A DNA stretch of 63,373 nucleotides, the filler included, from Octopus bimaculoides (taxonomy: Eukaryota): the NCBI RefSeq assembly GCF_001194135.2. It is 4 parts of 4 records of this genome, joined end to end, with 100 filler letters (N's around TTAATTAATTAA, not from the genome) between each part and the next. Parts side by side here need not be neighbours in the genome. Positions count along the whole stretch, not along the records: positions 1 to 29,987 come from NC_068986.1; 3 more parts are not named here. One strand, written 5' to 3'. The translations under genes and the position numbers were made by a program. Under the pieces are notes generated by a model. The model worked only from the letters and a program-made list of their open reading frames with translations, had not been told where the DNA came from and searched no databases. Shown piece after piece: positions 13,562 through 25,917 of this stretch; within the stretch, counting starts at the first letter, position 1, and each line of letters begins with the position of its first letter.

Positions 13562-13664
13562 ATTTGAATAGCCTCGGGAGTTAGGATAATTCTATCAATT
13601 TTCTATTAATCGGTTTCATGCCTTCTAAATAGTTTCTTTTCGATCATATACACACAATAAAAGC
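13562..13664 (+). repeat. ~105 bp direct repeat, copy 2
   Basis: Near-identical to 12682-12786. Confidence 0.9.
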
Positions 13665-15424
13665 ATCGATATTCGGGCGCTTTCAATATTGCATTTCTGT
13701 ACCAAATCCGATAAAGCCTTCTGGAGACTAATGAAAAAATTTTCATGCTATTGCATGCATGATATTCTTTTAAAGTCATCCTGGTTGAATGATGAAAGTT
13801 ATAAAACGAATTGAGTAGAATTTCAACTTGGAATCAAGAGAAACAAAGTAAAGTACTCAAACCAAATCCAGGAGAACCAATGCTGCAGCACGACCAGCTA
13901 AAAACAGCAACAAACCTCCCTAAAATCATACCATATCATCTGGGGAAGCGATGGACTCTTTGCATACTGTGGGTTTAGAAATACGGCTGGAATACTTTCC
14001 AGTAACATGCCTGCTCAGCTCAGACAGATTCATTTCGGGATTTAAAAAAAGCAGCAAATAAAACTATGGAATACATTTGAACCGTTTCGAATCTCCGATT
14101 TGCTTTGTCATTTGTTTTCCCCGGCTCCTCACAAAGACTGTAAAATTTAGGTCTAAATGCTTTAAGAATGACTTATTTGTTTTACGTCATAAGATAAATG
14201 GTTGCATATGTTAACATTGATCAAAAGCATTTGTATGGGAAATATTTTTCATACGAGGACAATATTGTCCAATATATCGTGTTTATTTAAATGCCAGAGA
14301 GGTTTTGATTGGAGGAATTTAAGCATGTTAAGTTTCAGATTACTGTCTGCCTATTGTCTACTATTTTATGCTTTCCAGGAATTATATTAGAGATCCTTGG
14401 TCTTTTATCCGAGAGTTTTATTATGGTAAGATTGAAATGTATTACTACCTTGTAATAGGTTTTCTGACTTTGTTAATACATGACATAATCGCGTTGGTTT
14501 TATTCGTATTGTAAGGGAATCTTCTTTCATAATATATTACACCTTCAATTATATGTAAACGTATATAGATGGACAGATAGATAGATAAATATATANNNNN
14601 NNNNNNNNNNNNNNNNNNNNNNNNNNNNNNNNNNNNNNNNNNNNNNNNNNNNNNNNNNNNNNNNNNNNNNNNNNNNNNNNNNNNNNNNNNNNNNNNNNNN
14701 NNNNNNNNNNNNNNNNNNNNNNNNNNNNNNNNNNNNNNNNNNNNNNNNNNNNNNNNNNNNNNNNNNNNNNNNNNNNNNNNNNNNNNNNNNNNNNNNNNNN
14801 NNNNNNNNNNNNNNNNNNNNNNNNNNNNNNNNNNNNNNNNNNNNNNNNNNNNNNNNNNNNNNNNNNNNNNNNNNNNNNNNNNNNNNNNNNNNNNNNNNNN
14901 NNNNNNNNNNNNNNNNNNNNNNNNNNNNNNNNNNNNNNNNNNNNNNNNNNNNNNNNNNNNNNNNNNNNNNNNNNNNNNNNNNNNNNNNNNNNNNNNNNNN
15001 NNNNNNNNNNNNNNNNNNNNNNNNNNNNNNNNNNNNNNNNNNNNNNNNNNNNNNNNNNNNNNNNNNNNNNNNNNNNNNNNNNNNNNNNNNNNNNNNNNNN
15101 NNNNNNNNNNNNNNNNNNNNNNNNNNNNNNNNNNNNNNNNNNNNNNNNNNNNNNNNNNNNNNNNNNNNNNNNNNNNNNNNNNNNNNNNNNNNNNNNNNNN
15201 NNNNNNNNNNNNNNNNNNNNNNNNNNNNNNNNNNNNNNNNNNNNNNNNNNNNNNNNNNNNNNNNNNNNNNNNNNNNNNNNNNNNNNNNNNNNNNNNNNNN
15301 NNNNNNNNNNNNNNNNNNNNNNNNNNNNNNNNNNNNNNNNNNNNNNNNNNNNNNNNNNNATATATATATATATATATATATACATACACATATATATGTG
15401 CGTGTGTGTATATATAAATATATA

Positions 15425-15630
15425 TATGTTTGTATGTCTGTCTTTGTCCCCCATCATCGCTTGACAACCGATGTTGGTGTGTATACATCCCCGTAATTTA
15501 GTGGCTCAGCAAAAGAACCCGGTAGAATAAGTATTAGGTTTACAAAGAATAAGTCATGCGGTCGATTTGTTCGACTAAAGGTGCTACTCCAGCATGGCAG
15601 CAGTCAAATGACTGAAACAAATAAAAGAAT
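15425..15630 (+). mobile_element. 3' half of CORE-type SINE
   Basis: TTTGTCCCCC..GCTTGACAACCGATG..CAGTCAAATGACTGAAACA; the 5' half is probably lost in the gap. Confidence 0.85.
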
Positions 15631-15894
15631 GTGGATGGTTCAGTCATTCTGATACAGAAGAAACTCCAACTAGGATCAATCAAAGAATCCCACAAATCAA
15701 CATCGTTCTGACCGTCAACGGCTCAAGACACCATCCAACTGGTTTTTTCCAGTCTATAGGCACATGTGTAGAGTAGCTCCATTCCCGTTCATGATTTTCC
15801 CACAGTACCTAGCTTTTGACAAATTCGCTGGGAAAGAGTACTACCTTCTTCACCATCACTTTTCTTTCCAAGTGCTAAAGGAGCACAGTGCCAC

Positions 15895-16550
15895 ACCATT
15901 TACATGTAAAAATAAGCAAGTGGCACCTTGACCAAGTGTCTTCTACTATAGCCTCGGGCCGACCAAAGCCTTGTGGATTTGGTAGACGGAAACTGAAAGA
16001 AGCCCGTCGTATATATGTATATATATATGTATGCGTTTGTATATATTTATGTGTTATTTCTTTACTACCCACAAGGGGCTACACACAGAGGGGACAAACA
16101 AGGACAGACAAACGGATTAAGTCGATTATACCGACCCCAGTGCGTAACTGGTACTTATTTGATCGACCCCGAAAGGATGAAAGGCAAAGTCGACCTCGGC
16201 GGAATTTGAACTCAGAACGTAGCGGCAGACGAAATACCGCTAAGCATTTCACCCGGCGTGCTAACGTTTCTGCCAGTTCGTCGCCTTTATATATTTATGT
16301 GTGTGTATATATTTATGTGTGTGTGCTTGTCCCCCGCCAAAAAAAAAAAAAAACATTGCTTGAGAAACGATGGTGGTGTGTTTACGTACCCGTAACTTGG
16401 GTGTTCGGCAAAAAAGACCGATAAAATAAGTACTAGGCTTACAAAGAATAATTCCTGGGGTCGACTTGCATGACTAAAGGCGGTGCTCAAGTGTGGCCGC
16501 AGTCATATGACTGAAACAATTAAAAGAGTAAAATAGTAAAAGAGTAAAAG
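15895..16550 (+). mobile_element. CORE-type SINE interrupted by a second SINE
   Basis: GGCACCTTGACCAAGTGTCTTCTACTATAGCCTCGGGCCGACC (15914-) and 3' half 16320-16550. Confidence 0.85.
16055..16287 (-). mobile_element. Full-length young tRNA-derived SINE with 15 bp target-site duplication
   Basis: A box TGGCAGAAACGTTAG and B box GAGTTCAAATTCC on the minus strand; TSD TATATATTTATGTGT at 16040-16054 and 16288-16302. Confidence 0.92.
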
Positions 16551-17221
16551 AGGTATACAAATTTTGCACCGTACCCATCGTTTCTCCGTCATTGAGGTAA
16601 GGGGATTGAAGCAGAATTATCATTATTAATTTTTACAATAACTGTTTCAGTTGAATAATTTACGAGTTATTTTTTGTGTACGGAAAAAATCATATAAAGG
16701 TGAGTTTGCCAACAGCAGGTAGATGAAAACCTACTAGCAGTAACCACGCAATCAAGTTCTACTTGAGAAGGCGTCGTCTTTTAAATTATTTTCCTGGTTT
16801 CATCAGCGAACATAATAACAGGCGTTGGGGGCATTGAACTCTATTAGAAAGAAACAAGTTAGGATTGAAAGAGTTTATTAAGAGCTAACGATACACGTAA
16901 TCTTGCGTAGGAAAATATAGCCGCTCATGAAACACTGAAATGGGAGTCGTACCATAATTTTATTCTCTATAGAATCGTGAGTGACCAGAAAGATGAAATT
17001 GTGAAAGGTAAAACCGGTTGTTGAAAAAATACGAGAGCAACTGTGTGGAATTGCTTTAACTGAAAATATTATGTAACATCTTTAGTCCTCCGATCATTTT
17101 CATACAAATTCATTTTGTTTACCACCCACACATATATACTCCAAATCACGTTTTGTAACGCATTTGTATACGCATTATTGTGCGATTAACTGGTTCCTTG
17201 TAACAAGCTAAAGAAAATTTA

Positions 17222-17419
17222 AGCGGTGAGCTTGCAGAATTTTTAGAACGTTGTAAAAATGTCATGCATCATAACTACCGACTCTTTATGTTCGAAGTTT
17301 AATTCCTGCTGAAGTCAACTTTCCCTTTCATCCTAATGGGGTCGATGAAATAAGTACAAGTAAAGCAATGGGGTAGATGTAATCGACTAGACCCTCCTCC
17401 CAAATTGCAAGCCTTGGGC

Positions 17420-17420
<1 letters not shown>
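17222..17420 (+). mobile_element. Degenerate SINE (central-domain family)
   Basis: GTCAACTTTCCCTTTCATCCTAATGGGGTCGATGAAATAAGTAC. Confidence 0.7.

Positions 17421-17461
<41 letters not shown>
17421..17461. repeat. (ATT)n microsatellite at the 3' end of Dong-like element A
   Basis: Direct. Confidence 0.95.
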
Positions 17462-17462
<1 letters not shown>

Positions 17463-18830
17463 GCTTTTTTTTCTTCTTTCTTCAAATTTTCTTTCATTTC
17501 TCGCCGAGTGTTTTCCGTACACCGAGGGCAGAGAAGTTCATTGTATGCATTCCCAGTTTACACACGCAAATTCACAGGTAACGTATGTATTAAAAAAAAA
17601 AAATAAATAAATTTATGAATGGATGTTGTTTTCACAGCGATAATGCTCTTCTCGCTATATGAGTCGTTCCAGTTAACACGATTTTTTGCACTTCCTGTAG
17701 GGATGGTAAGCCTGGTATCATTTTCAAATAGGTTTCAGTTCCTTTTTTGATCATTCCTAGAGATCCTACAATCAATTCTTCTCTTGGTGAGAATCTATCT
17801 TTTCTCTTCGTCTTTCTTCCTTTCCTGGTTTTCACATCGTTTCCACAGATTAGTTAATTCAATATTGATATTGAACCTCTCATTATTTCAATCTATTTTT
17901 CAATCTTAGTTTTCCAGTTCTCAGGTTTGTATTTCTTTGTTTTTCCAGAATCATAGAACTGGTTTCCATTGTCTTAGCAACTGCGTACATAATTTCATTT
18001 AATTCATTGAGATCTGGTTTTAGTTCTTGTATAATTTCCTTTGTTACATAGCTTCCAATTTTAATTTTTCTTCTATTTTGGATTGTATTTGAGAGCTTAT
18101 GAAGTGGTTATTTGTCATGCATATTGGCGTGTCTTACAACTGCAAGCTTATTCAGGATTTTCTGCTTCAGTTCTATCATAGACTCTCTATGTACTTCAGT
18201 AAATGTGTAGTCTTCAAATATTGTTTCTTTACCACTTTCCTCGCTATCTTTATCAGGTTCATTACAATTTGCTTCTTCAGACGTTTGCGTGTTCTGGTTA
18301 GTTGGCAGTCTTTCAATTGAGACTCATGCAGTGATGCTCTCTTCGTCTGTTCTTCATTTCCTTTCTGCCTTATATTTAGGTCATTCGATGCGTGCTTCGT
18401 CGCGGTTATTTCACAATCTGCGAGTCTTTTTATTTCTGAAGATATCCCTCCCAACATTTGCTAACATGTTTCCGTCCAAATATGGTTTGCTGTCCCGATT
18501 TCGTGTCTCCATATTTGATAAGAGGGTCGGTGTGTTTCTCTTCCGATGGCCTGCCTAATACATAATCATAGGCTTATATTACTTTTGCATACTCTTCTCG
18601 GGTCCATTTGATCCTCTTACAATTTTCTTTCTCTGGTAGGTATGGCGGTCGACTTTGAGGGCTCGAGTTGGGGCAGTTCCCGTTCAAGTAAACATCCAGG
18701 TTCGTATTCAGAGAAGAGTTTGTGCCAGTGGATGACTTTTCGAACCCAGGCTGGCTCTGTCTTCGGGGACACGCTTTCACATTAAACATAGAGCAAGCGA
18801 TTTGGTGTACTGTTGTAGTTTTCCTTTTTG
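17462..18830 (-). mobile_element. R4/Dong-clade non-LTR retrotransposon A, internally deleted
   Basis: N-terminal KRIKWTREEYAKVI motif (18574-18620) joined at ~17780 to the endonuclease C-terminus IVGSLGMIKKG..QKIVLTGTTHIARRALSL* (stop 17632); no RT between them. Confidence 0.85.
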
Positions 18831-19217
18831 TTTCGTAAGACATATTTGTGCTACATTCAAATTATTAGTATTGGGCCCTGTATTGTGACAGATGTAGAGA
18901 CGGTTGTTGTCTCTGCCACTATTGTCAACTCCGCCATTAATAACGTTACAGTTACGTTAACCTTGTTATTACAGCATTCCTCATCATTAGTTATCACCAA
19001 TAGTGCCTTGATCTGCATCATTGCGGCTAACCTTTGTAGCCATAACAGTTATCTATTTAAATCTACCACCTTTTCTCCTACAACTGTGTGGTATTATTAA
19101 ATGCTGTTTAGTTTCGACATTTAACTTGTACTTGAGATAATCATAAATATGTGAGGATTGAAGGGAACAGTAGAAGGAAAAGAAGCAGTTTGATGAATAG
19201 ACCAATTTCCACAGGTT

Positions 19218-19233
19218 TTTTATTATTATTGTT

Positions 19234-19264
<31 letters not shown>

Positions 19265-19276
19265 GTGTTGTTGTTG

Positions 19277-19316
<40 letters not shown>

Positions 19317-19317
19317 C
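19218..19317. repeat. (TTA)n/(TTG)n microsatellite at the 3' end of element B
   Basis: Direct. Confidence 0.95.
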
Positions 19318-20160
19318 TGTTTGTCACAGGTTTTGTTGGAGCTCCTGGAGTCTTACATGTGTGGCTGGCTAGCTGGCTGGATGGCTACCTGCACCCTACG
19401 ACACCATGCCATTCATCATTTTCAGCTAGCTAGTACACTCCTGATTATCCTGGCCGGGGCAAGGAGGCAAACCTTTTGTAACAGTTCTGCTGGGCACTCT
19501 ATTCCAATTTCCTTTATATTCAACTTTATGCCTTCTGATACTGTATCCAAGGACCCAACAAGAATTGGCACTATCCTCACCTTCTTCATTTTCCATATCC
19601 GGGCTATTTCGTACTTAAAAGGATTGTATCTATCTATCTTTTCGCCTTCTTTCTTGACTATTCGTTGGTCAAAGAGGCATGCGACATCAACTATATAGCA
19701 TAAGCATATGTGGTGCACTTTATCGATCACCACTAGGTCCGTTCTGTTATGCTCTAGCACCTGATCTGTTTGGATTGGGAAATCCCAGACGATTTTGCTC
19801 CGAATGCGTCACTGTCTGTAGTTTGCCCTCATACCATGTCTTGCCTCTCTCTAGCCCCCACTTTTCGTACAGTTTCCGATGTAGAACTGTCGCTACCTGG
19901 TCGTGTCACCACACAGTGTAGTGGTTTTGAGAAAATCTAGGGCATCCGTTCGTGATATGGGCAATAGTTTCATCCACTCTATTGCAGATGCCGCACAGCG
20001 GAGACACTTACTCATTCCAAAGAGTGACTCTCCAATTCCTGACCAAAGCATGGTCTTACGCTGCCTATATAGGGCTTTCCGTCTCTTTTCTTAGTGTTCC
20101 TTTCATCAGTCAATCCCACCTATATTTTCCAGCAACATTTGTTGTGGCTGCATGGAATTG
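19318..20160 (-). mobile_element. R4/Dong-clade element B, 5'-truncated (zinc knuckle plus RLE)
   Basis: ORF 19422-19760 RTDLVVIDK..IVDVACLFD..KEGEKIDRY..IVPILVGSL..LLQKVCLL; upstream frameshifted SPLCGICNRVDETIAHITNGC and HDQVA. Confidence 0.88.
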
Positions 20161-22150
20161 ATTGTGTAGTCCCTTCTTGCGTAATACTTCCTAACATCGG
20201 AATACAACAAGTAACCTTAGATGCGAAGAACCCTCCTAAGTATTCTAGCTCTCCCTAAGAATACTGTTTTCTGGAGCTGTACTAAACTGGGTTTTATGCA
20301 TATTTCCTCTATCCATCTTTTCAAGGTTTTAGGGGGTTTTCCTAATTCACCTATAACTACTGGATACATTTTACCCGCACATTCTATAGTCTCTGTAATT
20401 CAATGACTAGTTCCTGGTCCTTTGCTATTTTTCTATTCCTCCCACATTGATTTTTTTCAAAATTTTGAACTGTAAAGTCAATTATCTGGCACTTTCTATT
20501 CTCTTTATCTACTACTACTAAATCAGGCCTTCTAGCTTCTATTACTCTGTCAATATAAATGTTAAAGTTCTACAACACATGTTTTACTTTCTAGTAGTTT
20601 ACTAGTTTTATATCCATACCATTTATCAGTATGGCCAAATCCTAGCTTTCTACATAAATCCCAGTGGATACCTCTCCCTAGATCGTCATGTCTTTTCTTG
20701 TATTGCTTGTGCCAGCATGCTACCTTCACTTTTGATTTGCATAGTCTACATTGGGAATCTACTTGACTTTTGTCTATTACGGCTTTTATCCAATTATTCC
20801 TTAATGCTTGATCTTGTAATGCCACTAACAAACATTCTGTCTCCCTTTTCAGCCTTCGTTTCTGCGACCATAATCATGTCTCACTACTACTATTTGTTGC
20901 AACTATCTTTGGGCATCTACCATGCAAAGCCTTCTCCTGCCAGTCAGTCAACTTTTGTCCTTTTGTTGTTGTTGTTGTTGTTGCTCTTGTTTTACTTCTC
21001 AAAACGTTCGGCCTTGTTTGCTCTGGTAGATTTATGATAGTCAACCCATGCCATGCTCAGGTTTGTGTGTCTTCTCTTGTAGTTCCTGATAATTAGATTA
21101 TCAATTAAGAGCTGATCCTTCGTTTCTTGGCTCCTCTTTCGGCATCCTTTCTGTTCAATAGGTAGCAGCCCACTGTTTTCCAGGTACCTATACACTTCAC
21201 CGGACACGCACCTGACATTAGTTTCCACATTAGCAGAAGGCACGTTATTGATCTAAAGTTGGATGCAACATTTCCCTTTTCAGGATCCTTGGCACACAAC
21301 AATGATTTTCCTTTTGTCATCCAGCTGGATACTGTGCCTTTCTGCAAGCATTCATCTAGATGTTGCACTATCCTTTCATGAATCCCTCTCAGCCTCTTTA
21401 TCCAAAAACCTTGGACCCCATCCGCTTCTGCACTCTTCTAATTTGGGAATCTTTTTAACTGCCTTTTTATTTTTATGTCTTCTTGGTCTTCTATATTTCT
21501 TAAACCTTTCTTGGATTTCATGCAACCACTCTTCTTCATCATTATGCCCTACAGGTTGATCCCAGATCCCTCTCCAGAATGCCCTGCTTTCGTCTGCATC
21601 TGGTATCATTGTTATGTGTAATTGCCTACCTAGTTCCCGAAACAGTTTTTGTTTCTGATTTGCTTCAAACAATCTGTTTTAGCTGAGTTGTTTTGCTCTA
21701 TTGTCATATCCTTCCACTTTTGCTTTGATTGCTACTACTCTTTGTTTCAATTCTTCCAATATCACATAATACCCTTTATCTCTTATTTTATGTGTTCTTT
21801 CCAGCATTATTCTTGTGCTTTCGTTTTGCAATTCCTCTCTACTCAATCTATCAACTTGTCCTACATGTCTTTTTAACTTTGTTTCTTTCTTCTAAATTCG
21901 TCTACACCAGAATGGTTCTTTACGTTCGGTTTGTTCTTTTCTTTTGTACCCAACTCTATCTCCAGGAACCATAGCTGCAGCCCAAATAATCTTTTTAGTT
22001 GCAGTTATATTTCTCGTCTGGAATACCCAAGATCGAATCTATCTTTTCGGTTTCTTCTTACAGCCTGCATTGGTCAAGGCACCTCAGATTGGTAGATACT
22101 TGATTCTGGTCTTCTCTCAGCATCCTCACTATATCTTGCTGGTCATCATC
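20161..22150 (-). mobile_element. R4/Dong-clade element C, 5'-truncated with most of RT deleted
   Basis: RT N-part [27 protein letters not shown] (20992-21243), [14 protein letters not shown] (21105-21368), ALQDQALRNN..CRLC..RHD (20562-20831), C-terminus PVVIGELG..LQKTVFLGRARILRRVLRI* (stop 20217-20219). Confidence 0.9.
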
Positions 22151-22152
22151 GC

Positions 22153-22230
<78 letters not shown>
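22153..22230. repeat. (TAA)n microsatellite between elements C and D
   Basis: Direct. Confidence 0.97.
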
Positions 22231-22760
22231 GAATAACAACAGAAAAAAGATGGTATAAACACACGCCAGAAAAGGTCACAGAAAACGAGAAAGCAACCAT
22301 ACTCTGGGATATGCCAATACACACAGATAGAGAAATTAAGGCAAATAGACCAGATATAGTTGTCAAAGATCATGAAGAAAAAAAATGCTTTCTAATTGAT
22401 GTATCAATACCAGCAGATGACAACGTTTCTCTAAAAGAAATGGAAGAACTTTCAAAATACAAAGACCTGGAAATAGAGATAACTCGAATGTGGAATCTAA
22501 AAACAGAAACAATTCCTATCATAGTAGGTGCCTTAGGTATGATAAAAAAATATTCAGACAAATACATAACAAAAATACCAGGACTTACAAATATATATAA
22601 CATACAGAAAATTGCACTACTGGGTACTGCACACATTCTACGCAAAACACTTTCAATACAGTAAACATAAGAGCACCACAGCACATACCCAAGGCGCACA
22701 GAGCTGCGCTCGGTAGTGAAGTGAAAGCACGTTATAAAAATAAAACTACTGAACAACAAT
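22231..22760 (+). mobile_element. R4/Dong-clade element D, 5'-truncated, intact RLE frame
   Basis: ORF 22311-22664 ANRPDIVVKD..LIDVSIP..SKYKDLEIEITRMW..IVGALG..QKIALLGTAHILRK; TAA repeats on both sides. Confidence 0.93.
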
Positions 22761-22779
22761 AATAATAATAATAATAGTA

Positions 22780-23086
22780 TCGGTTATACTCTACTTGAAA
22801 GCAGGCAATAATACATTACCAAGGGTTTCAAGTAGTGCCTTCTCCTGTGACTCAAAGAGACAATACTCTCCTGAGAATACGAGCTGTACCAAACAATGCT
22901 GTCTTCTGGATCACCTGGAGCCTGACAGTAGCCCCAATATTCTTAATAGGTTTTTCAAAGCCCTTGGAAACTGCTTCTAATGCTCCAATTACCACCATTA
23001 TCAACATTACTTGCCTCATGCCCCAAAAGTTTCCTATCTCGTCCCACTGTGGCTGGTATTTCTCAATCTTTTCTGTTTCCTGACTA
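22780..23086 (-). mobile_element. R4/Dong-clade element E, short 3' fragment, tail-to-tail with D
   Basis: EKIEKYQ..VVIGALEAVSKG..IQKTALFGTARILRRVLSL* (stop 22852). Confidence 0.88.
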
Positions 23087-23147
23087 TCATCATCATCATC
23101 ATCATCATCATCATAATCATCATCATCATTATTATTATTATTATTAT

Positions 23148-23191
<44 letters not shown>

Positions 23192-23223
23192 TCATCATCA
23201 TCATTATTACTATTATTATTATT
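23087..23223. repeat. Compound (ATC)n(ATT)n(AGT)n microsatellite
   Basis: Direct. Confidence 0.95.
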
Positions 23224-23680
23224 GAGTGAGAGAGCAGCGCATGTTTTGAAAGTGGCACTAGGATACAAATTATACGAAGCCCAATATACTCACCATAACT
23301 ATCTATCTGATAAGGGTACATCAGGCACATGCATCACAACCATATTTTCCAACATGGTGATCTCATATCAAGAGAAACAGCATATGACCTTGCACGTGGG
23401 GCCAAAGCAGAATCTTCTTCAGGTCGAGTACCCATCTCACTCAAAAGGTCCCTGAACAAGGTTCGTTAATGTTGAATGAAACACCCCTGTTTCCAGAGGA
23501 GAATTATTCAACCCCCAAGGGATTCCTCCCAACACATGTCAACGCTCGTGATCAGCGATGCACATATCGCCTGCCACTAAGAGACATGCTCAAATGGTTA
23601 AGGTCAAGCAATTGTCAAGCAAATCTGTGGTACTGAGCAGAATATTTGTTGTCGCCCATCTTCTATACCAAGACAAAACA
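23224..23680. mobile_element. Non-coding interspersed repeat F embedded in ATT/TTG repeats, copy 1
   Basis: Colinear with 61332-61820 over ~450 bp; no recognisable ORF, TIR or tRNA head. Confidence 0.8.
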
Positions 23681-23685
23681 CTATT

Positions 23686-23720
<35 letters not shown>

Positions 23721-23759
23721 CGTCGATGATGTTGTTATTCGGAGGTCGATTTCGCCTTT

Positions 23760-23935
23760 CACAAAAGCTTAGCGGCATTTCGTCCGCCTTTTAGCTCTGA
23801 GTTCAAATTCCGCCGAGGCTGACTTTACATTTCATCATTCCGCGAACAATAAAATAAGTACCAATTGAGCACCAGTGTTCAGATATAATCGAAATACACC
23901 TTCCACGAAACTGCCGGCATTGTGCCAAAATTTAA
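23760..23935 (+). mobile_element. SINE (central-domain family), degenerate
   Basis: CTGAGTTCAAATTCCGCCGAGGCTGACTTT. Confidence 0.75.
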
Positions 23936-24543
23936 AATCATTATTATTGTTGTGGCTGTTGTTTTTGCTGTTTTTGTGGTGGTTGTTGTTGCTGTTTATG
24001 ATATTCGTTTCCCCCACTAAAATTATGTCTGATACCCGAGCGATTACAAGGATCATCAAGGCAAATTACCAATATAATTATGACCATGAAAATGATTCTC
24101 GTTCTCTTAAGGTCATTTTTGCATATACGTTAGCCTTTAAATTTGTATAAAAGCTTTCACGTTCTAATAGGTCTTGCGGAGTAGTTGAGACATATTTCAT
24201 GAATAATCGATTTTCAACATTGTCTTAATTTGCATATGAATTAGATATATGATTGTGTCTGTGTGTGTGTGTGTTTATCTATACAAATGCAGATATGACT
24301 GTGTTTATGTGTATTTATTTCAATGAGTACATATTTTAATAATAAGGATATGAAACTCTGTGTATACATACATACATACATATGTACGTGTATGTGAATG
24401 TATGTATATGGGTGTGGGTGTGTGTGCGTGTGAAGGGAGAGAGACAGAGATATGAGGGACATTCTAAATGAGAGGAGGATTAAGGACGTTTATGTGCAAC
24501 GGTACATTTATTTATGCACACAACCACGCACATACGCGCAAGC

Positions 24544-25150
<607 letters not shown>

Positions 25151-25879
25151 ATTTAGTATATATACACATACTTTAGCATATGGACAGATATATACTCACA
25201 TGTATACAGAGAGAGCGACAAAGTGACGGAGGGAGACTTGCGGGAGGAAAGCTTGCTGTATTTAACCTACGCAACTAATATTCTGCCTGTAATCACTTGC
25301 AATTATATTTCACTAACTATCCAAGACAGTTATCATCTCTCGGTGACATATAATGGATCCATACCTCCTCTTCCTCCATTTCTATACCATTTATATATAT
25401 CAACCGTTCGTAACTGTAATAACTGTTGTATACTGTGTGGTTAAACCAGCAAATGTTCATTGCTCAACCGCCACTGAAGACATGAATAATCTCCGAAACA
25501 TATAAATGCCACGTAGAGTTACTTGTGGCAAATAGCTTATGTTACACAATCTGTTTTGTGTATTTTGAAGCACCACTTTTCCCATTGAATTCACGATTAG
25601 ACTTGACATAGCACGGACTACATGCTAAGTGTTTGTGTACTCGTAGTACTTAAACACTTCGCTTACCTAAACTAAGATTGTATTGATCGGATTCCTATGC
25701 ATGTTAAATACTTGTGGGCATACATGCAAACTTACGCATACATATATCCACATGCGTATATACCTATATACTATATACGTGTATGTAAGCAGAATGTGTA
25801 TAATAAATATAATATTCATATATATATCGTATATATGTATGTATGCATATGTCTACATACATGTATCTATATGTATGTG

Positions 25880-25917
<38 letters not shown>

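Noticed and set aside
25627-25659. 15 bp-stem hairpins here and at 3922-3947 (miRNA?)
   Set aside because: Too short for a pre-miRNA and expected by chance in AT-rich DNA.
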